Positions 7,635-16,726 of a stretch of DNA of 32,000 nucleotides are shown here, one piece after another. The stretch lies in contig NC_007969.1 in assembly GCF_000013905.1 (NCBI RefSeq), forward strand, positions 1,560,001 to 1,592,000, written 5' to 3'. The first letter of the stretch is position 1, and every line of letters begins with the position of its first letter. The notes below the pieces were generated by a model. That model had not been told where the DNA came from and made no database searches. It worked only from the letters and a program-made list of their open reading frames with translations. Both the position numbers and the translations under genes were made by a program. Source of the stretch: Psychrobacter cryohalolentis K5. GTDB lineage: Bacteria > Pseudomonadota > Gammaproteobacteria > Pseudomonadales > Moraxellaceae.

Positions 7635-10600
7635 ATGTTTACCATTATACAATCCCATCGTACCGAAAATCTTGTTGATCAGCTTCTTGTGCAGTATCAG
7701 TCCAAAAGTCAGCCTGTTTTTGAGCCTTTTATTGTCATTGTGCCTTCAATGGTATTGGGTGATTGGTTGGATAAAACCATTGCCAGCCGTGCTGGTATTA
7801 GTACCTTGGTGCGTACTAAGTTTTGGGGACAGTATCAATGGACGCTGATGCAAGATGTATTGACTCGCCATAATGCGTACTTATTGGGGCAAAACCCTGA
7901 AGCGACAACTCTAAACGTGCCCGAAGTTGCGGTGTTGTCACCGACAGTAATGCAATGGCGATTGTTTGGGTATCTGACTTACTACCAAGAGTCGATTATT
8001 AAAGATGAAAAACATCCGGTGAATCCGCTGCTGGCGTCTTTGATTGATGAGCCACAAGCTGGAGTTGAGCAAGACAATGTACGACAAGATAAGTCGCAGC
8101 AAGATGCGCGTATTTGGCAGCTGTCAAATGATCTGGCGAGGGTGTTTAATCGCTATTTGACCCATCGTGAGGATTGGTTGGCATTATGGTCGCATAATAA
8201 ACCGCTGAATGTGAATGAGTTGATAGCGGATAAAGATGCCTTGTCACTGCGCTTTGATAAGTATGCGCGTGGCACGCCTGAGTGGTTAGTGGAGCATTAT
8301 GTTGAGTTAGAAGTTGCTCAACGCTTCTTATGGTCGCATTTATTTGCGGATGTGCATCAGCATCGTGTTGTATTGGAAGAGGTGTTTTGGCAAGCACTAA
8401 AGTCAAATAAGGCTGGCGAGCAAAGTCAGTTACCCAAAGTGCTGCGTATCTTTACCATCCAGCAACTACCACAGACCGAGCTAGATTTCCTACAGCGCCT
8501 GTCGCAATACATGAATATCACGCTATTGCATTACAATCCATCAAAGCTTTTTTGGGCCGATATCGTCGATAAATCATGGTTACAGCGTCAGCAGATTATC
8601 AATCCTGAAAGCGTGTTTCTGCGTGATTACGGCCACAGTTTGCTATCACGTTTGGGTAAGCAATCGCGTGATGCGTTTGCGATGCTGGCTAACTTGTCTG
8701 GTAATGAGCAGTACGACGATGCACTGGTTGAATGGCAAGATAATTTTGATGATACGCTGAGCATTGGTTCTAATCATAGGTTTGCTGCTGAGTATATCGA
8801 TGATGCTAGTAGCGCTCAGAATAGTCCAAGCTTACTTAGACGTTTGCAAAACGATGTGTTGATGCTTGATGAGCAATCTACCCAGCAAGCGACGGCTGCA
8901 AAAGTTTCGCAGGAGATGAGTAAGCAAATAGAGCTAGGCTTTGATCAAGAGCTGCATCAAACACCATGGTATGAAGATGAGGCATTAGAGAATAAGCGCT
9001 TTGAAAAAGACCGCTTTTGGGCAATGTCTGCGCAAGATAATAGCCTAAGCATCCATTCGTGCCATAGTTTACAGCGTCAGCTTGAAGTACTACGTATTAT
9101 GATTGGTCGTTGGCTAAATAAACCTATCAAGCCCGGTGAGAAAAAACGCCATATCTCCGACATTGTTGTGCTGCTACCTGACGTTGAGCGTCATCATGCA
9201 TTGATTGGCTCTATCTTCGTCAATGGTAAGGGTCAAGACGGTTTGACCTTGCCTGCGAAGGTAACTGGTGTTGTCGATGCCGACATTCGCCAGTTATGGG
9301 AAGCGATTATCGGTTTTTACAAACTATTGAGTAGCCATAGCGCCCGTTTTGAAGCAGCTGAAGTCTTAGATTGGCTCATGTTACCGCCTTTATTTGAAAG
9401 TTTTGGACTGACTCATGAGCAAATGAGCCGTGGTTGTGACTTGTTGGTAGAGGCGGGCTTCATTCGCGGTTTTGACGAGTTGCATCTTAAGCAAACTTTG
9501 GACAGTAACGATTACGACTATCGCTTTAGCTTTGCACAGGCATTAGATAGATTAACTTTAGGTCTAGTGATGCCAGAGGCTGAGCTAAGCAATTGTTTAT
9601 ATACTCTGAATGACGATGAATGGCCAAGTACAGCTTTACCAGAAATGACCTTACCGCTACCACAAGTGAGCCTAAATGATGCGCTGATTGTTGAAGCGCT
9701 TTGTCGTATTTATACTGGCTTGGTCGCACGACGTGATGATCATACACAAAAAAAGAAAGCAGAAGACTGGCTTGATCAGATTGAGACACAAGTCATTCAT
9801 CGTTACTTTGGCGATGTCGATCAAACACGCACCATGCGCGCCATCTATAATGCTATGAACGGCTTTAAATCAAGTTTACGAGCCAATCGCCATTATAGAC
9901 AGTATTCTAGTGGTGATAGCGCCAACAAAGAGGTAGAGCAAAGGCTGGCAGGTGTTGAGCAGTTACCGCTTAAACTAAGCTTTATGCTAGACAGTATCGA
10001 AGCAGAGCTTGAAAGCCAGCAGGTCAGTGCTGAGCCTACTGGTGTGATTACCTTTGGTAAATTTGGTGCATTAAGAAACGTGCCTTTTGAGTTGGTGGTG
10101 ATGCTTAATATGAACCTCTCTGAGTTTCCTGGGAGTGACCGTGATAACCGCTATGATTTGATGAAAGCGACCAATGCACGCCGCGGTGATAGAGTCAGCG
10201 AAGATGATGACAATGGCGCATTTTTAGATGCACTACTGTGCGCGCGCAGTGCTTGTTGGATGTTCTACAACGGCCAAAGCTTGACGGACACCCACGAGCA
10301 TCTGCCAGCCAATCCAGTGAGTGAGCTATTGCAGTTTTTGCAAGGCGAGGTGCAGTGGCAGGTGAACTCGCTGGAGACATTGCCTGAGAATATTGATCCC
10401 ACCACCGAGAGTCTCAAGCGTTATTTGCCTAAATTGATTAAGCAGTGGTTAGTAACTGAGCATCCTGCACTGCCTTTCCATGAGAGTCTGTTTGAAACGG
10501 CAATCGAAGGCGCTGATATTTTTGAGCAAGCGTCTACTAATCTTGTTGACAATGCCAACGTTAATATCAATGCTAAGGATTCTAGCCCTGTCGATATGAT

Positions 10601-12119
10601 TGATGAGCTGGATGCTATCTTAAATAAAGCCATGCGCAAAACCAAATTAGCGCAAAAAAAGCAGTTCCCGCCTGCGCCGCTTTGGCAAGCTGTGTTTGAT
10701 ACCTTGAAGGGTCGAGTATCTAGCGAGCATCCACAGCTAGTAGGCTTACCTACAAAAGGGCAATATGAATCTATTGCTCAGATTTTCGGTCAAGGTTTGG
10801 GGCAAATGGGACAAGTAGATAATCAAACATTCTCTGCATTGATTGAGATGCTAGCGCTAGATAATACTGCTGATGCCAGTGATAGTAGTGATATGAATGA
10901 GGCACTCATCAAGACCCTATTTGATACTATATTTAACATTGGAGAAATAGACGTTGAGGGAGTATTGGTCTATCAAGTGCGTCATCCTGCCAAAGCGTTT
11001 TTACGGTCTCAAAAAGTGCATGTAGTGCAAGGCGAGGAAGCGATGGCGCATCAAGAGCCACTGTTTCTAGACAGTTTGACCACCTATCAGATTAAAGAGC
11101 ATTTGATAAATGAATTGACCAACAATGCCACCAATAAGAATAGTGATGGGAAGGCTAAACAAGACAGTCAAATCTTGATGTATCAAAAAATCATGCCAGC
11201 CGGTGTGGCTCGCCAAACCACATTACCCAATCAACAAAAAAAACTGCAACAACAATGCTTGGAGTTCAAAGAGCAATTAATGGCTAATGGCTTTGATGAG
11301 AGCAGTATTCTCAACGAGAGTGGAGCAGATGTCGCTACAGTATTACAGCTATTGACGCCAACCGCCGAACATCCTGTTCAGATAGAACTAAAAAATATAC
11401 TGAGTAGTACTGACAACGAGTCAAGTAATCAGACGAATATAGAGGGTATAGAAACACTGTTTAAGCTGTTGCCGAAAGTCATTAAGATAAAGGGCTCAGT
11501 ACCAATATCAGCACCCATATCAGTTATTCAGGCAGGCGTGCCTTATGCTCAGCAATCGCCTAAGCAATGGTTAAATATACTGCCCAATTCTGCTAGCCCT
11601 AGGCATTTGCTCAAGTTTTGGTTATCACATTTGTATTGGCAAGTGGCCAGACGTACCACTGCCGAGCAAGTGGCATTAAATGATGGCGTAAGTATTTGGC
11701 GCTTCAATAAGGCCAGCTCACAAGTTGGTAACTATAAAGATGTAATCGCATTTAAACTAAGCCCAATTGTGTATGAAGACGCTGTGATTGAGCTGATAAA
11801 ATGGGCGTTTTTTGGCAAGTTAACGGGTCAAGTGCCTATTACATTACTGCCAGAATATGCACTTAATTACCTTGATAAGTATCTAAAGCCTGAAAAAGGT
11901 GACGATAATAGCTACTGGCCAAAACGTGCCGACTTCTCGGACTGGTTAAGACCTAACTACAATTCAGATACGGTATATGATACTTGTTCGCAGCATGCAA
12001 TTTGGCAATATGTACTGCGTGACCAAGATGCGTTTAAGGCTTTGTCAGCAGCTCTGACTACATTAGCGCAGCCACTGTATGAGCCGATGTTTAATGCGTT
12101 AACTAACTTAGATGGTTAG
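7635..12119 (+). CDS. recC: Exodeoxyribonuclease V gamma subunit RecC (expanded, about 1494 aa)
   Basis: The N-terminus MFTIIQSHRTENLVDQLL...FEPFIVIVPS aligns with E. coli MLRVYHSNRLDVLEAL...FEPEMILVQS. A conserved LSIHSCHSLQRQLEVL block is present, and recB and recD follow. I prefer ATG 7635 (Met28 of the tracked ORF) because it matches the homologue's start. ATG 7554 is not excluded. Confidence 0.93.
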   Translation: MFTIIQSHRTENLVDQLLVQYQSKSQPVFEPFIVIVPSMVLGDWLDKTIASRAGISTLVRTKFWGQYQWTLMQDVLTRHNAYLLGQNPEATTLNVPEVAVLSPTVMQWRLFGYLTYYQESIIKDEKHPVNPLLASLIDEPQAGVEQDNVRQDKSQQDARIWQLSNDLARVFNRYLTHREDWLALWSHNKPLNVNELIADKDALSLRFDKYARGTPEWLVEHYVELEVAQRFLWSHLFADVHQHRVVLEEVFWQALKSNKAGEQSQLPKVLRIFTIQQLPQTELDFLQRLSQYMNITLLHYNPSKLFWADIVDKSWLQRQQIINPESVFLRDYGHSLLSRLGKQSRDAFAMLANLSGNEQYDDALVEWQDNFDDTLSIGSNHRFAAEYIDDASSAQNSPSLLRRLQNDVLMLDEQSTQQATAAKVSQEMSKQIELGFDQELHQTPWYEDEALENKRFEKDRFWAMSAQDNSLSIHSCHSLQRQLEVLRIMIGRWLNKPIKPGEKKRHISDIVVLLPDVERHHALIGSIFVNGKGQDGLTLPAKVTGVVDADIRQLWEAIIGFYKLLSSHSARFEAAEVLDWLMLPPLFESFGLTHEQMSRGCDLLVEAGFIRGFDELHLKQTLDSNDYDYRFSFAQALDRLTLGLVMPEAELSNCLYTLNDDEWPSTALPEMTLPLPQVSLNDALIVEALCRIYTGLVARRDDHTQKKKAEDWLDQIETQVIHRYFGDVDQTRTMRAIYNAMNGFKSSLRANRHYRQYSSGDSANKEVEQRLAGVEQLPLKLSFMLDSIEAELESQQVSAEPTGVITFGKFGALRNVPFELVVMLNMNLSEFPGSDRDNRYDLMKATNARRGDRVSEDDDNGAFLDALLCARSACWMFYNGQSLTDTHEHLPANPVSELLQFLQGEVQWQVNSLETLPENIDPTTESLKRYLPKLIKQWLVTEHPALPFHESLFETAIEGADIFEQASTNLVDNANVNINAKDSSPVDMIDELDAILNKAMRKTKLAQKKQFPPAPLWQAVFDTLKGRVSSEHPQLVGLPTKGQYESIAQIFGQGLGQMGQVDNQTFSALIEMLALDNTADASDSSDMNEALIKTLFDTIFNIGEIDVEGVLVYQVRHPAKAFLRSQKVHVVQGEEAMAHQEPLFLDSLTTYQIKEHLINELTNNATNKNSDGKAKQDSQILMYQKIMPAGVARQTTLPNQQKKLQQQCLEFKEQLMANGFDESSILNESGADVATVLQLLTPTAEHPVQIELKNILSSTDNESSNQTNIEGIETLFKLLPKVIKIKGSVPISAPISVIQAGVPYAQQSPKQWLNILPNSASPRHLLKFWLSHLYWQVARRTTAEQVALNDGVSIWRFNKASSQVGNYKDVIAFKLSPIVYEDAVIELIKWAFFGKLTGQVPITLLPEYALNYLDKYLKPEKGDDNSYWPKRADFSDWLRPNYNSDTVYDTCSQHAIWQYVLRDQDAFKALSAALTTLAQPLYEPMFNALTNLDG
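9039..9050 (+). repeat. 12-mer AATAGCCTAAGC, copy 1 (in recC)
   Basis: Exact string read from the sequence. It is translated as N-S-L-S within DNSLSIHSCHS. Confidence 0.95.
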
Positions 12120-12195
12120 CTCATTATCTAAAGCAGCCCCTAATTAATTTTTGCTATCTTGTTTTAATAAATAATAATTAAAAGTATGCGCCCAT

Positions 12196-15100
12196 ATGAC
12201 AGACTTTACCGACCCAACCAATACTACTGACTCATTTACACAATCAGATTTATTTGATGAATATTCAGATGAGCTGACTTTATCTGCTGTGCCTGAACGT
12301 AAAAATGATGTTATACCGGCAGTCGATGTTGATCTGACGGGTAAACACCTGATTGAAGCCTCAGCGGGCACGGGTAAAACTTGGACGTTGACCGGTATTG
12401 TACTGCGCCTACTGATCGAAGCGCGACGTGCGCCAGAGCAAATCATTGCCACGACTTTTACTCGAGCTGCCGCTGCCGAAATGCGTCAGCGTATCCACGA
12501 TCGTTTGGTAGATTTTTATCAGCTATTACAATGGGTCAATAGCCTAAGTGCTGAACCCAATAACAAGGATGCTTTATATCCTGATGTACTACAGGTAATG
12601 CCTGAAAGTAATAAGGATAAACAAGCAGGTAAAGGTTCAAGCGTTGATTCAAATGCTGGGACAGGGATGGATGAGTTCAATAAAGACATTGCTGCTGATA
12701 GGCAAGCGGCGGCTGAGAAACGTAAACAAGTAAAAAAAGATCGTGAAAACTGGCTAGTTAATCAGGCTAAATATGCACGCTTAGACGCCGTTATGGACGA
12801 TCCCATTAATCTGCATTTGACTGGGTTTTTACTTGATCATGTCCACGGCTATCCAATGGCGGAGGCCATTCGACGCACTGCGCTAGTACTAACCACGTTG
12901 GATAAGCTGTTTGTAGGTACACTCGACAGTTTGGCGCAAAAGTGGTTGATTGAATACAGTAGCGAGACCGGTCATCAGCAAGGTATGGCTATTATTGAAG
13001 ACAGCAGTATTGAACAGGTGACTGACAGTATTATCCATGATGAGCTGCGTCAGTTTCAGAGCCGCTTATACTATGAGCAGCCTAAACTATATGCGCTAAT
13101 GGATCAGCAAGGCAAGCTGACTGCAGTTAGCGATCATAAAAAATATGTGACTCGTTCGCTTAAGTTTATTTCAGCGCCGATTGATGAGATAAAGCTGGAG
13201 CAAGGTTTTGACTTTGGTTTGTATGAGCGACTACTTAATGAGTTTGCTCAGTTAGATTTAGTAGATATCCAGCCTTATTTAAATCCTGATTATAGAAAGT
13301 CTCAAGGATTTCGTGGTGGTTCTAATTTAACCAAACAGTTTGATGCCATTATTGATGTGCATCAAAAGATATTAGAGTATCAGCTGACATTTAATAGCTA
13401 TTTAAATGAGAGCGAGAATAAGATTTTGACATCATTGCAAGATGCCAGATATCCAGATGAAGATGGCAAAATTAAGAACTTTAATAAGAATAAAGAAAAA
13501 GAGCATCAGACGCTTTTTGAGCTAGAAACCATTAGTAAGTTAATGGTTCTCTTAGATATGCTAGACAGTTTAAATCAGCATATATTGTTGGTATTAGCCA
13601 ACCTTAATCGCCATATCGTGCTTGCGGTACGTGACAGGCTACCAGTTATCTTAGAGGAGCGCGGTGAGACGACCTTTAGTTTACAAATGGTGCGCTTAAA
13701 CCAAGCATTGACTGGCCGCCAAGGAGATAAGCTGGCGCGTTATATTCGTCATCATTATCCTGTGGCATTGATTGACGAGTCGCAAGATATTAATGGCGAG
13801 CAAGCCATTATGATTGAAAGCATCTATTTGCCAAAGAATAAACGTAAGCAGTCGGACAGTGACAAGCAATCAACCACTAATAAAACCAGTCATGAGTTTC
13901 TGTTATTAGTGGGTGATCCAAAGCAGGCTATTTACGGGTTTCGTGGCGGTGATGTGGCCAACTACAACTATATGAAAGCCCAGTTTGAGAAAAGTAGCCT
14001 TTGGACGCTCGATATTAACCGTCGATCAAATGCTGGTGTGATTGATGCACTAAATTGCTGGTTTGGCATGCCAACGGAAACGGCTGCTGATAATAAATTA
14101 GCACAGCTAGGTAGCAGTATTTATTATCAGCATATCAAAGCTTCTAAACCAGAAAACCAGCTGTCTTGGTTTAATGAGCCAACTACTCAAAACAGTGCTT
14201 TAGTGACAGAAGTGCTTTCTGCTCAACCAGTGAGCTTGTTGCATCTACCTTATGATAAAGATAAAGAGCTTGAGTATGATGAGTTTGAAATCACCGCGCG
14301 TCATATTGCGACCTTGCTCAGTAGTAATCAGACCTTAAAAGGCAAACCGATTCAGCCTAGTGATATCGGTGTGCTGGCACGTACCAAAAAAGACTTAAAA
14401 CGGGTTGAGGATGAGCTGGTTAAGCTTAATGTACCGACCTTGACTACTAGTGATGTCAGTATCTTTGAAACCATCATGGCAGAAGATGTGGCGGCGCTGC
14501 TGAGTGCCATGCTATACCCATATCGTCATGACATGATCAATCGGGTGCTGACTAGCCATCTGTATGGCCTGAGTATCAAAGAAGTCAAAGCCATGATGAC
14601 TGACCATGAGTCAGGAGTGACAGAGGGTAGTTATTTAAGTAGCGCTAGTACGAAAGCAGTTAATAATAAAAAAAGCTATCAAGACTTTATTACCTACCTA
14701 AAACAAGCGGCTCAAAACTGGCAGCACTTTGGTGTTTTGTCAGCATTACATTACTTATTAGATAAAAACCCTGTGCAGCCGCAAGGCGTTTGGCAAGCTC
14801 TGGCAACTCATCCAGAAGGCGATCGTCACATTATGGATTTGCGTCATATGATGGATGTCTTGGCGCAGTATGGTATCGGCATGGGTGAGCACGAACTATT
14901 GGCGTGGTTTAGACAAAATATAGATGCTGCTCCTAGCAGTGATTGGGCTAAGCAATACCCGCTACCGACAGAGTCTGGCGTGCAGCTTATGACCATCCAC
15001 AAGTCCAAAGGGCTTGAGTTTCCCATTGTCTATGTATTGGGTATGGGCGATGCTAGTCGGAAGGCGGGCAATAATGAAAAGTTTGGGCTGTATCTATACA

Positions 15101-16650
15101 ACGCCCAGCAAGCTCCGTCGATTTTAATGCAGCAATCGGCAGAGAGTCAATCAACAGGCAACCAGCGCCGCTTCTCACCCGTAAGAGGCTCTGCCACCAC
15201 AGAAGATTGTTATACCGAAATCGAGACGAAAGAAGGCTTTGATGAGCTGCGACGGCTTGGCTATGTGGCATTTACGCGTGCCAGCGAGCAGCTTTATGTG
15301 GTGTTGCGAGATCCTAATAACAAAACAGGATTTGAGCTAAAGCCAGCGTTCTATTGGTTGGAATCACCAGAGGCAAAGTTTGATTTGCCTGATAGGCTCA
15401 AAGGCATCGTAGGTATGCTCAGAGGGCATAATGTCAATGAGTTCTATAATAATGACAGTAATGGTGCTAATGCATTGGGCTTAGCAGGTAACGCAACGCT
15501 TGCCACTGCTAAATCTATAACTGAGACTATTGAGTACGCGCCTTTTGCAGAAGTTATGAAAACCAATTATTTTTATGGTTGGGCCAAGACCAGTTTTACG
15601 GCTTTAGCCCGTCAGCTAGATGAATCTACGCAGGCGCTGGCTGTGGTAGATGAACGTATGGATGATGCCATAGACATTGATATGACAGAGTCGGTAGTAT
15701 CGTCCAGTAATAGTGGTTTTTTTAAACCAGTTAGTGAGTTGAGCCTCAAATCAGAGGATGATATCCGTTTTACTTTTGTCAAAGGCGCCAATGCCGGTAC
15801 GTTTTTGCATGAAATATTTGAAAAAATTGATTTCAATAATAAATCGCAGTGGTCTCAGGTGATTGATAGGGCCGTTAGTAGTTATCAGCTGCCTTTGGTT
15901 TATAGTAGTGCTGAACAGCAAAGTCGACTATTACAAGCAAATAATAGAGAAAATGGTCGTATACCTGACTTAGATTCAATGGATGCTACAAAGCATGAGG
16001 CATTACTTAACTGGTTTGAAGAGGTGCTAAAGGCGCCGTTATTAGCGTCCAATCAACCCTTACAGTCTATCAATGCAAGTCAACGGTTTGCTGAATTAGA
16101 GTTTAATATGGGGCTGTCAGAGCGCTTTAAGGCGCAAGATATTAATAGCCTATTTCAGCAGTATCTCCCGAATGAGGTGGACAAACACGTCAATCTTGTT
16201 CCACAAAACAAAACGCATTTGTATCGTTATCTGCGGGGTGAAATCGATTTGGTGTATGAGCATGCTGGCAAGTATTACGTTGTCGATTACAAAAGTAATT
16301 TTTTAGGTAATAGCCTAAGCGATTATGACGTAAGCACACTCAAACAAGCAATGTCAAAGGCAGGATATTGGTTACAAGCAGCGATTTATCAAGTCGCGTT
16401 ACATCGTTTCCTTGCAATGAGAATTAGTGATTATGCAGGTAATGAAGATAAGTATCTTGGCGCTGTTGAATATGTCTTTTTACGGGGCGTGTATGATCCA
16501 AATTCTCAAATAGCTGCTGATCTATTGCAAGATGTCAGAGAAGCTGATAATAGTCACTCAATGCCCAACGACCGCTATGGATTAGTCACGTGGGATATTC
16601 CAATTGAGTTCATTAAGGCCCTAGATGCGTTGTTTGGCCTGCCAGATTAG
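12196..16650 (+). CDS. recB: Exodeoxyribonuclease V beta subunit RecB (helicase-nuclease, expanded, 1484 aa)
   Basis: SF1 helicase motifs are present: IEASAGTGKTWTL, TFTRAAAAEMRQRI, ALIDESQD, LLVGDPKQAIYGFRGGD, MTIHKSKGLEFPIVYV and YVAFTRASEQLYVV. The C-terminal PD-(D/E)xK nuclease block is GEIDLVYEHAGKYYVVDYKSN. Confidence 0.96.
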   Translation: MTDFTDPTNTTDSFTQSDLFDEYSDELTLSAVPERKNDVIPAVDVDLTGKHLIEASAGTGKTWTLTGIVLRLLIEARRAPEQIIATTFTRAAAAEMRQRIHDRLVDFYQLLQWVNSLSAEPNNKDALYPDVLQVMPESNKDKQAGKGSSVDSNAGTGMDEFNKDIAADRQAAAEKRKQVKKDRENWLVNQAKYARLDAVMDDPINLHLTGFLLDHVHGYPMAEAIRRTALVLTTLDKLFVGTLDSLAQKWLIEYSSETGHQQGMAIIEDSSIEQVTDSIIHDELRQFQSRLYYEQPKLYALMDQQGKLTAVSDHKKYVTRSLKFISAPIDEIKLEQGFDFGLYERLLNEFAQLDLVDIQPYLNPDYRKSQGFRGGSNLTKQFDAIIDVHQKILEYQLTFNSYLNESENKILTSLQDARYPDEDGKIKNFNKNKEKEHQTLFELETISKLMVLLDMLDSLNQHILLVLANLNRHIVLAVRDRLPVILEERGETTFSLQMVRLNQALTGRQGDKLARYIRHHYPVALIDESQDINGEQAIMIESIYLPKNKRKQSDSDKQSTTNKTSHEFLLLVGDPKQAIYGFRGGDVANYNYMKAQFEKSSLWTLDINRRSNAGVIDALNCWFGMPTETAADNKLAQLGSSIYYQHIKASKPENQLSWFNEPTTQNSALVTEVLSAQPVSLLHLPYDKDKELEYDEFEITARHIATLLSSNQTLKGKPIQPSDIGVLARTKKDLKRVEDELVKLNVPTLTTSDVSIFETIMAEDVAALLSAMLYPYRHDMINRVLTSHLYGLSIKEVKAMMTDHESGVTEGSYLSSASTKAVNNKKSYQDFITYLKQAAQNWQHFGVLSALHYLLDKNPVQPQGVWQALATHPEGDRHIMDLRHMMDVLAQYGIGMGEHELLAWFRQNIDAAPSSDWAKQYPLPTESGVQLMTIHKSKGLEFPIVYVLGMGDASRKAGNNEKFGLYLYNAQQAPSILMQQSAESQSTGNQRRFSPVRGSATTEDCYTEIETKEGFDELRRLGYVAFTRASEQLYVVLRDPNNKTGFELKPAFYWLESPEAKFDLPDRLKGIVGMLRGHNVNEFYNNDSNGANALGLAGNATLATAKSITETIEYAPFAEVMKTNYFYGWAKTSFTALARQLDESTQALAVVDERMDDAIDIDMTESVVSSSNSGFFKPVSELSLKSEDDIRFTFVKGANAGTFLHEIFEKIDFNNKSQWSQVIDRAVSSYQLPLVYSSAEQQSRLLQANNRENGRIPDLDSMDATKHEALLNWFEEVLKAPLLASNQPLQSINASQRFAELEFNMGLSERFKAQDINSLFQQYLPNEVDKHVNLVPQNKTHLYRYLRGEIDLVYEHAGKYYVVDYKSNFLGNSLSDYDVSTLKQAMSKAGYWLQAAIYQVALHRFLAMRISDYAGNEDKYLGAVEYVFLRGVYDPNSQIAADLLQDVREADNSHSMPNDRYGLVTWDIPIEFIKALDALFGLPD
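12538..12549 (+). repeat. 12-mer variant AATAGCCTAAGT (11/12), in recB
   Basis: Read from the sequence. It is translated as N-S-L-S within WVNSLSAEP. Confidence 0.9.
16309..16320 (+). repeat. 12-mer AATAGCCTAAGC, copy 2 (in the recB nuclease domain)
   Basis: Exact string, translated as N-S-L-S within DYKSNFLGNSLSDY. Confidence 0.95.
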
Positions 16651-16726
16651 TGGGCCATAAATAGCGAATTAAATAAGAAAAAACCATGATAGCGACTAAC
16701 TGGATAAAAATAGAGACAAGCATACT

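Noticed and set aside
12120-16726. Both the recC-recB and recB-recD intercistronic gaps are exactly 76 bp.
   Set aside because: The two spacers share no visible sequence similarity, so this is most likely a coincidence.
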